Below are positions 44,147 through 54,751 of a DNA stretch of 64,000 bases, piece after piece (the first letter of the stretch is position 1; every line of letters starts with the position of its first letter). The DNA lies in assembly GCA_040954595.2 (NCBI GenBank), contig JBECUI020000033.1:124001-188000 (forward strand). The letters are read 5' to 3'. The translations under genes and the position numbers were made by a program. A model generated the notes under the pieces. The model did not search any database, was not told where the DNA came from, and worked only from the letters and a program-made list of their open reading frames with translations. The stretch is from Balanoglossus misakiensis (taxonomy: Eukaryota; Animalia; Hemichordata).

Positions 44147-47110
44147 ATGGATATAAAGCATGTCATAAAAAGGAACGGACAATGGGAGCCCTTCGACCAA
44201 ACCCGTTTGGACCGAGCTTTGAAGCGGGCTTTTGAGGCGGCGGGGAAACGTCCTGACAAGTCTGTTTTATCTGGTATGGCCGATGATATAACCTTAGAGG
44301 CTTCCAGGATTTTAGCCGGGAGGACCCCTCAAGTAGAGTTTCTCCAGGATTTGGTAGAACGGAAGCTGATGAAGGACGGTCATTACTCGGTAGTCAAGGG
44401 TTATATCCTTTATCGAGAGGAACGGCGTCGGGCTCGGGAAGAACGGCACCGAATGATTCTCCAGCGGGCTAATGTTGGCGACCTTATGGTAACCAAGAGG
44501 AAAGGTTCACGGGAGGCCTTGGATTTGGAGAAGATCCAAGGCAATCTGGAACGGGTTTCAGGGGACATTGATGTCCCCATTGATATTGATGGACTGTTAG
44601 AGCAGATTCTCAGGGAGGTTTACAGCGGTATAGATTCAAGAAAGCTTGAGAAGGCAATGATTATGGCTGCTGTTGGTTACATTGAGAGGGACCCTGCTTA
44701 CGATAAGATTGCTGTACGGTTGTTTTTGCAACACCTTTATAAAGAGGTTTTAGGCGATTCTTTTAATGCTATGGAGTTGGACCGGGCCTATAGGGAAGCC
44801 TTCCTTCGAGGTATACAAAGGGGATTAGAGCAGGGGATCTATGATCCCCGGCTTGGGGAGTTTGACCTTGAGAAGCTGTCTAAGGCTCTGGCCCCCGATA
44901 GGGATGAGCTGTTCCGCTATTTGGGCCTTCAAACTCTCTATGAACGTTACTTTATCCGGATTGGCGATTCGGTCACGGAAACACCTCAGGCTTTCTGGAT
45001 GCGTACCGCTATGGGGCTGGCCTTGGAAGAAGAAGATAGGGAGGTCAGGGCCATTGAATTTTACCAGCTCTATTCCACTTTAAGGTTCATCTCCTCCACT
45101 CCAACGCTCTTTCATGGGGGGCTTAAACATCCCCAGCTCTCTAGCTGCTATGTGAGCAAATTAGAGGATGATCTTAATCATATTTTCAAGGTATTTTCCG
45201 ATAACGCTCAGCTTTCCAAGTGGTCCGGGGGTATAGGGAATGATTGGACGGCTGTAAGGGGGACTGGAGCGCTTATTCAATCTACTCGGGTGGAAAGCCA
45301 GGGGGTTATTCCTTTTTTGAAGATTGCTAACGATACCACTGTTGCCATTAACCGTTCGGGAAAGAGGCGGGGGGCTACGGCGGCTTATCTGGAGACCTGG
45401 CATTTTGACATTGAGGATTTTCTTGACCTTCGCCGGAACACCGGGGACGAGAGACGCCGGACTCACGACATGAATACGGCTTGCTGGATTCCCGACCTTT
45501 TTATGAAACGAGTTTCTGAAAATGCCACGTGGACACTCTTCAGCCCCGATGAGGTGCCCGAACTTCACGAGATTTATGGGCGTGCCTTTGAAGAGCGTTA
45601 TGTTCATTACGAAAAAGAGGCTGCAGAGGGGCGCATCCGGCTTTTCAGAGAGATTGAGGCTGTCAAGCTCTGGAGAAAGATGCTTACCCGTCTTTTTGAG
45701 ACGGGGCATCCCTGGCTCACCTTTAAGGATTCCTGCAATATTCGCAGTCCTCAGGATCATGTTGGGGTTGTTCATAATTCCAATCTATGCACGGAAATCG
45801 TTCTGAATAACAGCAGAGAAGAGACCGCCGTTTGTAATCTGGGGTCCATCAACCTAAGCCAGCACATGGGGCCAGAAGGTCTAAACGAGGCAAAGCTTGC
45901 CGAAACCATAAGCACAGCTCTACGGATGTTGGACAACGTGATTGATCTTAATTTCTATCCTACCGAGGAGGCTCGGAGAAGCAATTTGCGGCATAGGCCG
46001 GTGGCTCTTGGGGTCATGGGACTTCAGGATGCTCTTTTTATTCAGCGTCTGCCTTTTGCCTCTGCTGAGGCGGGGGAATTGATTGATAGGATCATGGAAA
46101 CCATTAGTTACCACGCTATTCTGGCTTCCAGCCGTCTTGCCGAAGAACGAGGCATCTATGAGACCTATCCGGGCAGCAAGTGGGACAGGGGCATATTTCC
46201 TCTGGATACCCTGGATCTTCTGGAGATGGAGAGGGGAATACCCTTGGAAGTGGACCGGGAGAGTCGTTTGGATTGGGCCCCAGTAAGGGAGCATGTCCGC
46301 CGGCATGGTATGCGGAACTGCACTACCATGGCCATTGCTCCCACCGCTACTATCAGCAACATTGCTGGTTGCTTTCCCTGCATTGAACCTCTCTATAAGA
46401 ACCTTTATGTCAAAGCCAACCTGAGTGGAGAGTTCACCATTGTTAATAGCTATCTAATACGAGATCTTAAAGAGAGGGGCCTCTGGAGTCCCTCCATGCT
46501 GGACCAGATTAAATACCATGATGGAGATATTTCTGGAATCCCCGGGATTCCTGAAGAGATTAAAGAACTCTATGTTGAAGCCTTTGACATTGACCCTCTC
46601 TGGCTTCTGGAACTCACTGCCCGGCGGGGAAAGTGGATTGACCAAAGCCAAAGCCATAATGTCTTTATGAAGGGGGTTAGCGGCCAGATGCTCGAAGTTA
46701 TCTACACCACCGCCTGGCGTAAAGGGCTTAAGTCCACCTACTATCTGCGAAGCCTGGCTGCTAGCCAGATTGAAAAATCAACCCTGGATGCCAAAGTTTT
46801 TGGATACACTCAGAAGCGGGTTGAAGCTTCTCTTCCTCCATCCATGGTTGAGAAAACTCCTATACCGGAGAAGCCCGAAGAACCCACTACTCCCCCAGGT
46901 TCCCATTCTGTGGCCTCGTCCCTTATGCAACCTGTTGTTGACAAGGCCCCTCTGACTCTGGAAGCCATGCCTGATGACCTGGCCAGTCTTATATCTGATG
47001 ATGCCTCGGGTGGGGATGATTACTTGGAACTCAGTAATAAAACTGTTTCTGCAACTCAAGAAAAAAGTATCTGCAGTCTTTTGGATGCTGAATGCGAAGC
47101 CTGTCAATAA
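44147..47110 (+). CDS. nrdA: Ribonucleotide reductase alpha subunit with two ATP cones
   Basis: VIKRNG and VTKRKG cones, QLSSC, SNLCTE, AVCNL, AIAPT, STYYLR, C-terminal CEACQ. Confidence 0.97.
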   Translation: MDIKHVIKRNGQWEPFDQTRLDRALKRAFEAAGKRPDKSVLSGMADDITLEASRILAGRTPQVEFLQDLVERKLMKDGHYSVVKGYILYREERRRAREERHRMILQRANVGDLMVTKRKGSREALDLEKIQGNLERVSGDIDVPIDIDGLLEQILREVYSGIDSRKLEKAMIMAAVGYIERDPAYDKIAVRLFLQHLYKEVLGDSFNAMELDRAYREAFLRGIQRGLEQGIYDPRLGEFDLEKLSKALAPDRDELFRYLGLQTLYERYFIRIGDSVTETPQAFWMRTAMGLALEEEDREVRAIEFYQLYSTLRFISSTPTLFHGGLKHPQLSSCYVSKLEDDLNHIFKVFSDNAQLSKWSGGIGNDWTAVRGTGALIQSTRVESQGVIPFLKIANDTTVAINRSGKRRGATAAYLETWHFDIEDFLDLRRNTGDERRRTHDMNTACWIPDLFMKRVSENATWTLFSPDEVPELHEIYGRAFEERYVHYEKEAAEGRIRLFREIEAVKLWRKMLTRLFETGHPWLTFKDSCNIRSPQDHVGVVHNSNLCTEIVLNNSREETAVCNLGSINLSQHMGPEGLNEAKLAETISTALRMLDNVIDLNFYPTEEARRSNLRHRPVALGVMGLQDALFIQRLPFASAEAGELIDRIMETISYHAILASSRLAEERGIYETYPGSKWDRGIFPLDTLDLLEMERGIPLEVDRESRLDWAPVREHVRRHGMRNCTTMAIAPTATISNIAGCFPCIEPLYKNLYVKANLSGEFTIVNSYLIRDLKERGLWSPSMLDQIKYHDGDISGIPGIPEEIKELYVEAFDIDPLWLLELTARRGKWIDQSQSHNVFMKGVSGQMLEVIYTTAWRKGLKSTYYLRSLAASQIEKSTLDAKVFGYTQKRVEASLPPSMVEKTPIPEKPEEPTTPPGSHSVASSLMQPVVDKAPLTLEAMPDDLASLISDDASGGDDYLELSNKTVSATQEKSICSLLDAECEACQ

Positions 47111-47151
47111 TTAGCTGGAATCTTAGTATGGTTTAGCTGGTTTTAGGAGAA

Positions 47152-48150
47152 ATGACGATGCCAATTATTAACGATACCAAAACGGATCCGAATAAAATTC
47201 TACCCATGACTTACCTCTGGGCTAGAGAGCACTATAAGGAAGGTGTGGCCAATAACTGGACGGCAGAGGAAATTCCCATGCAAGACGATATTGAGCAGTG
47301 GAAGCGTACGGATTTCCTTTCTAAGGAGGAGCGGAGGCTCATCCTTTGGAATCTAGGATTTTTTTCCACAGCCGAGAGTCTAACTGCCAACAACATAGTT
47401 TTGGCCCTGTACAACCACATTACTGCACCGGAGTGTCGGCAGTATCTTCTGCGTCAGGCCTATGAAGAGGCCATCCATACCGATACGTTTATTTACTGTT
47501 GCGACTCTCTGGGACTTGAACCTGATGTAATCTACGGGATGTACGAAACCATTCCTTCCATTAAGGAGAAGGATGCCTTTGTGGTGGAGCTTACCAAGAA
47601 CGTTTTTGATCCTTCCTTCCGTCCCGTGGGAAGAGAAAACATCCAGCGTTTCATCTATGATCTTATTGGCTACTATGTGATCATGGAGGGCATTTTTTTC
47701 TATGCTGGGTTTGCCATGATGCTGGCTTTGAAACGTCAGAAGAAGATGGTGGGTATAGGCGAGCAGTTCGAATACATCATGCGGGATGAAAGTTTACATC
47801 TTGCCTTTGGTATGGATCTTATCAATACCATTAAGGCCGAGAACCCCGGTGTATGGACTGCCGCATTCCAGGCCGAGATTGTTGGTTTGATCGAGAAGTC
47901 GGTAGAGCTTGAGAAAAACTTTGCTCGTGACGCCTGTCCCTCGGGAATTCTGGGAATCAATGCCGCGCAGTTCATTCAGTACGTGGAATATATTACCGAT
48001 CGTCGTTTAGAGCGTTTGGGACTTATACCTTCTTATGGAGTACCCAATCCTTTTCCCTGGATGAGTCAAGCCACCGACCTGGCCAAGGAAAAGAACTTCT
48101 TTGAAACCCGGGTAACGGAATATAAAACTGGTGGCAATTTAAACTGGTAG
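47152..48150 (+). CDS. nrdB: Ribonucleotide reductase beta subunit, class Ic (R2c) signature
   Basis: FFSTAESL (E75), EEAIHTDTF (E106, H109, F113), MEGIFF, RDESLH, NFFETRVTEY. Confidence 0.95.
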   Translation: MTMPIINDTKTDPNKILPMTYLWAREHYKEGVANNWTAEEIPMQDDIEQWKRTDFLSKEERRLILWNLGFFSTAESLTANNIVLALYNHITAPECRQYLLRQAYEEAIHTDTFIYCCDSLGLEPDVIYGMYETIPSIKEKDAFVVELTKNVFDPSFRPVGRENIQRFIYDLIGYYVIMEGIFFYAGFAMMLALKRQKKMVGIGEQFEYIMRDESLHLAFGMDLINTIKAENPGVWTAAFQAEIVGLIEKSVELEKNFARDACPSGILGINAAQFIQYVEYITDRRLERLGLIPSYGVPNPFPWMSQATDLAKEKNFFETRVTEYKTGGNLNW

Positions 48151-48436
48151 GCATTCATAAGAGGAATTTCTGTTCCTGTTGATTCAGGGGTGGGGGTGGT
48201 TCTCTATATCCTTGTGGAGTGCCGAATCGGTATTGTCTTACTGTGCCAGGGCTCGAAGGAGCTGCCTTTCGGGTAGTTTAAGTTAGGATTGAATCGGATC
48301 AGGAACCCAGTGACTATAGTAAACTGTCATAGCTACTGGAAGGCCTGGATAATTTATGATAATTTATCCTATCTTCCAATTCAGTCTATCAGTCAATATA
48401 ACAGGATTGATGAAAAACTAAAGGAGTTTTTTTTTG

Positions 48437-49483
48437 ATGAAACAGTTTTATTTATGGATACTATTCCTGTCTTGTCTTGTCGGCTTGAATGCAGGTGGGC
48501 AAGGTGAAACATCAGCGGAAGTTGCACAGGGAGCAAATGAACTGCTCTTTTATGGTACGCCTTCTGAAGAGGCCTGCTTGATGATTGCCAAGCGTTTTGG
48601 AGAGGTCTCGGGAATTAAAACTTCGTTTGTACGTCTTAGCAGTGGTGAGGCCTTGGCGCGTATTCAAGCAGAGCAGGGAAATATGTCTGCTTCAGTTTGG
48701 TGGGGCGGCCCTGTGGATGGCTTCATAGCGGCTAAGCAGGAGGGAGTTCTTCTGCCGTATCAATCACCTAATGTCAAGGAGCTTTCCGGTGAGAAATTTT
48801 ATGATCCAGAAGCTTATTGGGCAGGAATTTATTCTGGCTACATCGGTTTTGTGGGTAATAAAACCCTTCTTGAAGAAAAAGGTGCTTCCATGCCCCAGTC
48901 TTGGGATGACTTATTGAAGCCAGAGTATAAAAACGACATTGTCATGGCCCATCCTGGCTCTTCAGGAACTGCTTATACAGTCCTTGCCACAACCATTCAA
49001 AGACTTGGAGAAACTTTGGGCATGGAATATATGAACAAACTTAACAGTCAGATACGTCAGTACACCAAATCGGGTTCGGCTCCGGCAAGAATGACTGGAA
49101 TGGGAGAAACCATGCTCTCCATAACCTTCCTGCATGACGCCATTCGCTTTAACCTTGAGGGATATAAGGACATTATCATTTACGCTCCTTCCGAAGGGAC
49201 TGGTTATGAAATTGGCGGGGTAGCACTTCTTAAGGGTGGTCCGAACCTAGAAGAAGGGAAGAAGTTTATTGATTTTGCTCTTTCCGTTCAGGGACAGAAC
49301 CTTCTGAAAGAAGCAGGCGGCTATCAATTCCTTACCAATGTCAATGCCACACAGCCAGAACAGGCCGAGCCTATTAAAGAAACTAAGCTGATTGATTACG
49401 ACTTTGTTTGGGCCGGTGTGAATAAAAAAAGATTGGTGGAAAAGTTTAGTCAGTTAACCAGTACAACCACACCGACTGACTAG
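48437..49483 (+). CDS. ABC transporter substrate-binding protein (AfuA/FbpA-like)
   Basis: RLSSGEALARI, WWGGP, PQSWDDLL, HPGSSGTAY, GTGYEIGG. Confidence 0.88.
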   Translation: MKQFYLWILFLSCLVGLNAGGQGETSAEVAQGANELLFYGTPSEEACLMIAKRFGEVSGIKTSFVRLSSGEALARIQAEQGNMSASVWWGGPVDGFIAAKQEGVLLPYQSPNVKELSGEKFYDPEAYWAGIYSGYIGFVGNKTLLEEKGASMPQSWDDLLKPEYKNDIVMAHPGSSGTAYTVLATTIQRLGETLGMEYMNKLNSQIRQYTKSGSAPARMTGMGETMLSITFLHDAIRFNLEGYKDIIIYAPSEGTGYEIGGVALLKGGPNLEEGKKFIDFALSVQGQNLLKEAGGYQFLTNVNATQPEQAEPIKETKLIDYDFVWAGVNKKRLVEKFSQLTSTTTPTD

Positions 49484-49591
49484 ACATCCTTCGGGAATCT
49501 CGTTTTGAAATTAACCTGTATGTGAGAAAGACTTCCCGGTGTGCCGTGTGGGGACCGGGGAGTGGACCCGTTTGGGAACTGGAAGAGGGTA

Positions 49592-51280
49592 ATGGATAAA
49601 AGGCTTCGCCTCATTCGCAGGGATGTTAATCACAAACGTCTTCTCAGGCAATTTAACGATCCGTTTCTTAGTTTTGCCATTTTGCTGACCCTTGCCGTGG
49701 TCATGTTATTCATTGTCATTCCTTTGGGAAATATCCTTAAAACAAGTCTTTATTACGACAAGTCCTTTTCTTTGTTGAACTATTTGAACATCTTTACTTC
49801 CGTTAATGGTACAATCATTCTTAACACACTTCTTCTCGGTATCTGCTCCGGGGGCCTTTCTACCATTGTGGGGTTTCTCTTTGCCTACGCATTGAGTCAT
49901 TTGAGCATTCCTTTACGGAAATTCTTTAAAATTCTTGCCATACTCCCCATTATTTCTCCGCCCTTTGTTCTAGCCCTCTCAGTCATTCTGGTTTTTGGAA
50001 GATCGGGCATTGTGACACGCCACATCCTTGGCATGACCGATACCAACATTTATGGTTTTCATGGCCTGCTGCTTGTTCAGGTAATGTCATATTTCCCCAT
50101 AGCCTATTTGCTGATGAGCGGTCTCTTCCAGGGGATTGATCCTTCTCTGGAAGAGGCAGCTCGGGATATAGGGGCTTCTCGGGGAAGGGTCTTCCGTACC
50201 GTTACTCTACCTCTGATGATCCCCGGACTCGTCAATTCCTTTCTGCTTATCTTTACCCAATCCATTGCCGATTTTGGCAATCCTTTAGTCATTGGGGGAG
50301 ATTTTACCACCGTAGCCGTACAGATCTACCTGCAGGGCATTGGGAACTACGACATGGGCTCGGCTACGGCCTTGGCTGTGCTTCTCTTATCTATTTCCAT
50401 TTCTGTTTTTGCCTTACAGAAGTACTATATCGGCAAGAAATCCTACATTACCATTACGGGAAAAACTGCCAGGCCAAGGCTGCTGATCCAGGAAAAAAGA
50501 ATCGTCCGTCCTGTTTTTTTTGTCATGCTGTTTATTACGATTTTTGTTCTTTTTCATTACCTTCTTATCCCGTTTGGTTCTTTTATTCAGTTATGGGGCT
50601 ATGACTTTACTCCCACATTGAAGCACTATGCCTATGTGGGAAGTTTGGGCCTGGAAGTTTTTACCGATACCACCTCACTGGCCTTAATCTCTGCCCCGAT
50701 GACAGGCATGCTGGCTATGGTCATTGGCTTTCTTCTGGTGCGCAGAAATTTCATTGGCAAAAACTTCCTGGAGTTTTCTTCTCTAATGGGTATGGCCATA
50801 CCGGGAACCATTATTGGTCTAGGCTATGTCTTGGCCTACAACACAGCCCCTCTGGTTCTAACGAATACGGCTTTAATTCTTATCATAGCCTTTATGATGC
50901 GTAGCATACCCATGGGGATACGCTCTGCTGCTGCAGCTCTTCAGCAGATTGATCCGGCCATAGAAGAGGCTGCCTCGGTATCTGGTGCTTCTGTCTTCAA
51001 AACTTTTACCTCGGTAACCCTCCCCCTTATAGGGCCAGCATTTTTTGGGGGGTTGGTCTATGCTTTTGTGCGAAGCATGACCTTGGTCAGTACGGTAATT
51101 TTTCTTGTTTCGGCCAATTACAGCCTGCTTGCAGTTTCAGTTATGAACCAGATTGAGCAAGGACGCATTGGCGTTGCTTCGGCTTACTGCAGCATTCTTA
51201 TTGCCATTGTCACCATAGTGGTCCTTGTTATGAAACTTGTGCTGGACCGAATGGGAATCAAAAATATCATGGAGGTCTAG
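49592..51280 (+). CDS. ABC transporter permease (AfuB/FbpB-like, duplicated TM domain)
   Basis: Two EAA loops (LEEAARDIGA, IEEAASVSGA), DFGNP. Confidence 0.9.
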   Translation: MDKRLRLIRRDVNHKRLLRQFNDPFLSFAILLTLAVVMLFIVIPLGNILKTSLYYDKSFSLLNYLNIFTSVNGTIILNTLLLGICSGGLSTIVGFLFAYALSHLSIPLRKFFKILAILPIISPPFVLALSVILVFGRSGIVTRHILGMTDTNIYGFHGLLLVQVMSYFPIAYLLMSGLFQGIDPSLEEAARDIGASRGRVFRTVTLPLMIPGLVNSFLLIFTQSIADFGNPLVIGGDFTTVAVQIYLQGIGNYDMGSATALAVLLLSISISVFALQKYYIGKKSYITITGKTARPRLLIQEKRIVRPVFFVMLFITIFVLFHYLLIPFGSFIQLWGYDFTPTLKHYAYVGSLGLEVFTDTTSLALISAPMTGMLAMVIGFLLVRRNFIGKNFLEFSSLMGMAIPGTIIGLGYVLAYNTAPLVLTNTALILIIAFMMRSIPMGIRSAAAALQQIDPAIEEAASVSGASVFKTFTSVTLPLIGPAFFGGLVYAFVRSMTLVSTVIFLVSANYSLLAVSVMNQIEQGRIGVASAYCSILIAIVTIVVLVMKLVLDRMGIKNIMEV

Positions 51281-51284
51281 TCTT

Positions 51285-52349
51285 GTGGCTCAAGGGGTAA
51301 AGTTAAGAAACTTAAGCAAAACTTTTCTTACCGACAAGGGAGAAGTCTGTGCCGTGGATAAGGTTAACCTGGATATTGCCCCGGGGGAATTTATTTGCCT
51401 TCTTGGACCTTCAGGTTGTGGTAAAACGACCATCCTGCGGATGCTTGCGGGCTTTGAGATCCCTACTACGGGTTCCATTCTGATCGGTGACAGAGATGTG
51501 GCCCGGCTTAGCCCGGATAAGCGGGATACGGCCATGGTCTTCCAAAGTTATGCCTTGTTTCCCCACTTGAATGTTTTCGATAATATTGCCTATGGTCTGA
51601 AAATTCTAAAGATGAATAAGGCTTCCATCGCGAAGAAGGTTCACCATGTGCTGGAAATGATGGGGATGAAAGATTTTGCCGAACGTAGTCCTTCCCAACT
51701 CTCTGGTGGGCAGCAGCAGAGGGTTGCCGTGGCAAGAGCTCTGGTATTGGAACCCGGAGTGCTCCTTTTTGATGAACCCCTTTCTAATCTGGATGCCAAG
51801 TTGCGTCTGGACATGCGTGTCGAGATACGCCGGATTCAGAGTAGGGCAGGGATCACGTCTATCTATGTCACCCATGATCAGAGTGAAGCCATGGCCATTG
51901 CCGACCGCATTGTCATTATGAACGAAGGCCGTATTCAGCAGGTGAACACCCCTCAGATAATCTACCAGAAATCGATTAATCCCTTTGTGGCCAACTTTAT
52001 TGGCCGTACCAATTTCTTGAAGGGAGAGGTGGAAAGTGTCGGTGAAACGGAGGTTCGGGTAACAATTCACAATAAGTCCGTCCCTCTGCCTCTGCCAGAG
52101 GGACGGACTTATTCGTCGGGTCAGAAAGTTCTTATTATGGCCCGTCCCGAAACCATCAACATGGGCGGGGAATTCATGGCCACCGTTTCCCGTTCGGTCT
52201 TTATGGGAGAAAACCATGAGTATTCCCTTGACTTTGCTGGAGATGCGGTAGAAATGGTGGTAAACAATCCTGTGGGACGACGCGTCTACAAGGTGGGGGA
52301 GTCTATGGAGTTTTCCTTTGACCTGAAGGGCCTTTACCTTCTTAATTGA
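51285..52349 (+). CDS. ABC transporter ATP-binding protein (AfuC/PotA-like)
   Basis: GPSGCGKT, LSGGQQQR, LLFDEPLSNLD, C-terminal TOBE-like region. Confidence 0.93.
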   Translation: MAQGVKLRNLSKTFLTDKGEVCAVDKVNLDIAPGEFICLLGPSGCGKTTILRMLAGFEIPTTGSILIGDRDVARLSPDKRDTAMVFQSYALFPHLNVFDNIAYGLKILKMNKASIAKKVHHVLEMMGMKDFAERSPSQLSGGQQQRVAVARALVLEPGVLLFDEPLSNLDAKLRLDMRVEIRRIQSRAGITSIYVTHDQSEAMAIADRIVIMNEGRIQQVNTPQIIYQKSINPFVANFIGRTNFLKGEVESVGETEVRVTIHNKSVPLPLPEGRTYSSGQKVLIMARPETINMGGEFMATVSRSVFMGENHEYSLDFAGDAVEMVVNNPVGRRVYKVGESMEFSFDLKGLYLLN

Positions 52350-52391
52350 AGCAGTCTCCCTTGTTTTTCTCCAAAGACGGGGGGAAGCTGC

Positions 52392-52760
52392 CTAGTCCAG
52401 AAAGATCTCACGGGCCGTCTGGGCCTGGGCGGCGGAGGTGTAAATGTCGATATCTTCGTCTCTGACCCAGCCATTAAGGTTGTTGATTTTTATCTCAAGC
52501 CAGTAGCGGCCCGGTTCTTCTGCCGACTGCGTAGAAAGCACTTCCACAATATCTCCCCGGCGTAGCACCCAGACAACGGGACTCTCTGAACTTCTGATGG
52601 TCTTTAGAACGCGTTGGTAAGATTTGTTAGCCACGCCCCACTGGGTACGCGCTGTCAGAAGGGGAGTAGGGGGGAGTTCCCGCTTGGGAAGAGGGGGGGC
52701 TTGCTGGCAGCTTGTTGTCATAAGGAGGGTAAAAATGTAGATGGCAAGCAAAATTTTCAT
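52392..52760 (-). CDS. SH3-like domain lipoprotein
   Basis: Lipobox TTSC, LRRGDIVEV...WLEI...GWV. Confidence 0.7.
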   Translation of the reverse strand: MKILLAIYIFTLLMTTSCQQAPPLPKRELPPTPLLTARTQWGVANKSYQRVLKTIRSSESPVVWVLRRGDIVEVLSTQSAEEPGRYWLEIKINNLNGWVRDEDIDIYTSAAQAQTAREIFLD

Positions 52761-54751
52761 TAGCCTTCTCCTTGCAATTTGGAAATTTCATCTCGGAGAA
52801 CGGCTGCTTCTTCAAACTCCAGATTCTTAGCTCGTTCCAACATTTCTTTTTTCAGTGCTTGGATAAGATGTTTCTTCTGTTTTGGATCAAACAGGTTCGC
52901 TGAATTCTTCATCATCTCTACAGTTAATTTTTCGGCATTTTGACGCTCTTCTTGCTTGCGAATAAGAATATCTTTTATTTCTTTTTTTATTGATTGAGGA
53001 GTTATCCCGTGGGTTTTGTTATAGCTTTCCTGGATCTTCCGGCGACGTTGAGTTTCGGCAATAGCTTTTTCCATGGCCGTCGAAGTCTTATCGGCGTACA
53101 TGATGACCCGCCCCTCCACATTCCGGGCTGTGCGTCCTATGGTTTGAACCAAGCTGGTCTCAGAGCGGAGAAAGCCAATCTTGTCGGCATCCATGATGAT
53201 GGTCAGAGAAACCTCGGGGATGTCTAAGCCTTCCCGGAGCAGATTAATGCCCACCAAAACATCAAAAACCCCCTTGCGGAGATCGCGTATCAGCTCCACT
53301 CGTTCTATTGTTTCCACCTCGCTATGCAAATAACGGGCCTTGATACCCAAACTCCCCAGATAGTTGGTAAGCTCTTCCGCCATCTTCTTTGTCAGGGTGG
53401 TAATCAGCACCCTCATGTTCCGTTCTATACGGCGCTGAATTTCTTCGTAAAGGTCTTCAATCTGTCCCTCGGTGGGGCGCACTTCAATTTCAGGATCCAG
53501 AAGCCCGGTAGGACGGAGAATCTGCTCCACAAGCATCGTCGACTTTCTTAGCTCCTCATGGCCTGGGGTTGCCGATACATAAATCACTTTTTTTAAGCAG
53601 CTTTCAAATTCATCATAAACCAGGGGACGATTATCCAGAGCCGAGGGGAGGCGAAAACCATAATTAATCAGGTTGGTCTTCCGGGAGCGGTCTCCTTCGT
53701 ACATGGCCCGAACCTGGGACAAGGTAACGTGGGATTCGTCCACAAAGACCAGAAAATCTTTGGGGAAATAGTCCAGGAGAACTTCGGGCCTTTCTCCGGC
53801 TTCTCTTCCGGTCAACTGACGACTGTAGTTTTCTATCCCCGAGCAACGTCCCATTTCCCTAAGCATTTCCACATCGTATTCGGTTCGTGCCTTTATGCGT
53901 TGGGCCTCGGCAACCTTGCCCTGATTTTCCAGAGTTTGCAGCCACTCCTCCAGCTCTTCTTCAATGGCCATGATGGACTGCTTAAGCCTTTCTTCAGGCA
54001 TAACAAAATGCTTAACGGCATAAATTGTGCAGGTATCGATATCTTCAAGGGCCACTCCGGTAAGGGGATGGATGCGGTGAATACTTGCTATGGTGTCAAA
54101 ATCCAGACTGATCCGGTAGGCCACATCTCTCAAGTAGCCGGGATAAATTTCCAAAGTATCACCCCGCTGCCGGAACTTTCCCCGCTCCAAGAAGTTGTCA
54201 CTCCTTTGATACTGTAAATTAATAAGTTCCCGCCGGAACTTCGAAATATCCAGCACATCTCCCCGGTGGAGCTGCAATCGCATATCCCGATAGGTAGAAG
54301 CATTCCCCAGGCCATAAATGCATGAAACCGTGGCTACGATTACTACATCGGAACGCTCCATCAGACTCATGGTGGCCGACAAGCGCAACCGATCAATCTC
54401 ATCACTAATGCTGGCATCTTTTTCTATAAAAAGATCTCGGCTGGGGACATAAGCCTCCGGTTGGTAGTAATCATAGTAGGAGACGAAGTATTCCACGGCA
54501 TTCTGGGGGAAAAATTCCTTAAATTCCCGGTACAATTGTGCCGCCAAAGTCTTGTTGTGGCTGATTATCAGGGTAGGAATCTGGACTTGTTCAATAACTT
54601 TAGCCATGGTAAAAGTCTTGCCTGATCCTGTTACACCCAGCAGGGTTTGATAACGATGATTGGCCTCTATTCCTTTTACCAACTTTTCCACAGCCTGGGG
54701 CTGATCTCCTGCGAGACTGAAGGGAGCTACCACTTCAAAGCAATTTTTCAT
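52760..54751 (-). CDS. uvrB: Excinuclease ABC subunit B
   Basis: GDQPQA, GVTGSGKT, YYDYYQPEAY, DESH, INLLREGLD, C-terminal FEEAAVLRD. Confidence 0.98.
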   Translation of the reverse strand: MKNCFEVVAPFSLAGDQPQAVEKLVKGIEANHRYQTLLGVTGSGKTFTMAKVIEQVQIPTLIISHNKTLAAQLYREFKEFFPQNAVEYFVSYYDYYQPEAYVPSRDLFIEKDASISDEIDRLRLSATMSLMERSDVVIVATVSCIYGLGNASTYRDMRLQLHRGDVLDISKFRRELINLQYQRSDNFLERGKFRQRGDTLEIYPGYLRDVAYRISLDFDTIASIHRIHPLTGVALEDIDTCTIYAVKHFVMPEERLKQSIMAIEEELEEWLQTLENQGKVAEAQRIKARTEYDVEMLREMGRCSGIENYSRQLTGREAGERPEVLLDYFPKDFLVFVDESHVTLSQVRAMYEGDRSRKTNLINYGFRLPSALDNRPLVYDEFESCLKKVIYVSATPGHEELRKSTMLVEQILRPTGLLDPEIEVRPTEGQIEDLYEEIQRRIERNMRVLITTLTKKMAEELTNYLGSLGIKARYLHSEVETIERVELIRDLRKGVFDVLVGINLLREGLDIPEVSLTIIMDADKIGFLRSETSLVQTIGRTARNVEGRVIMYADKTSTAMEKAIAETQRRRKIQESYNKTHGITPQSIKKEIKDILIRKQEERQNAEKLTVEMMKNSANLFDPKQKKHLIQALKKEMLERAKNLEFEEAAVLRDEISKLQGEG

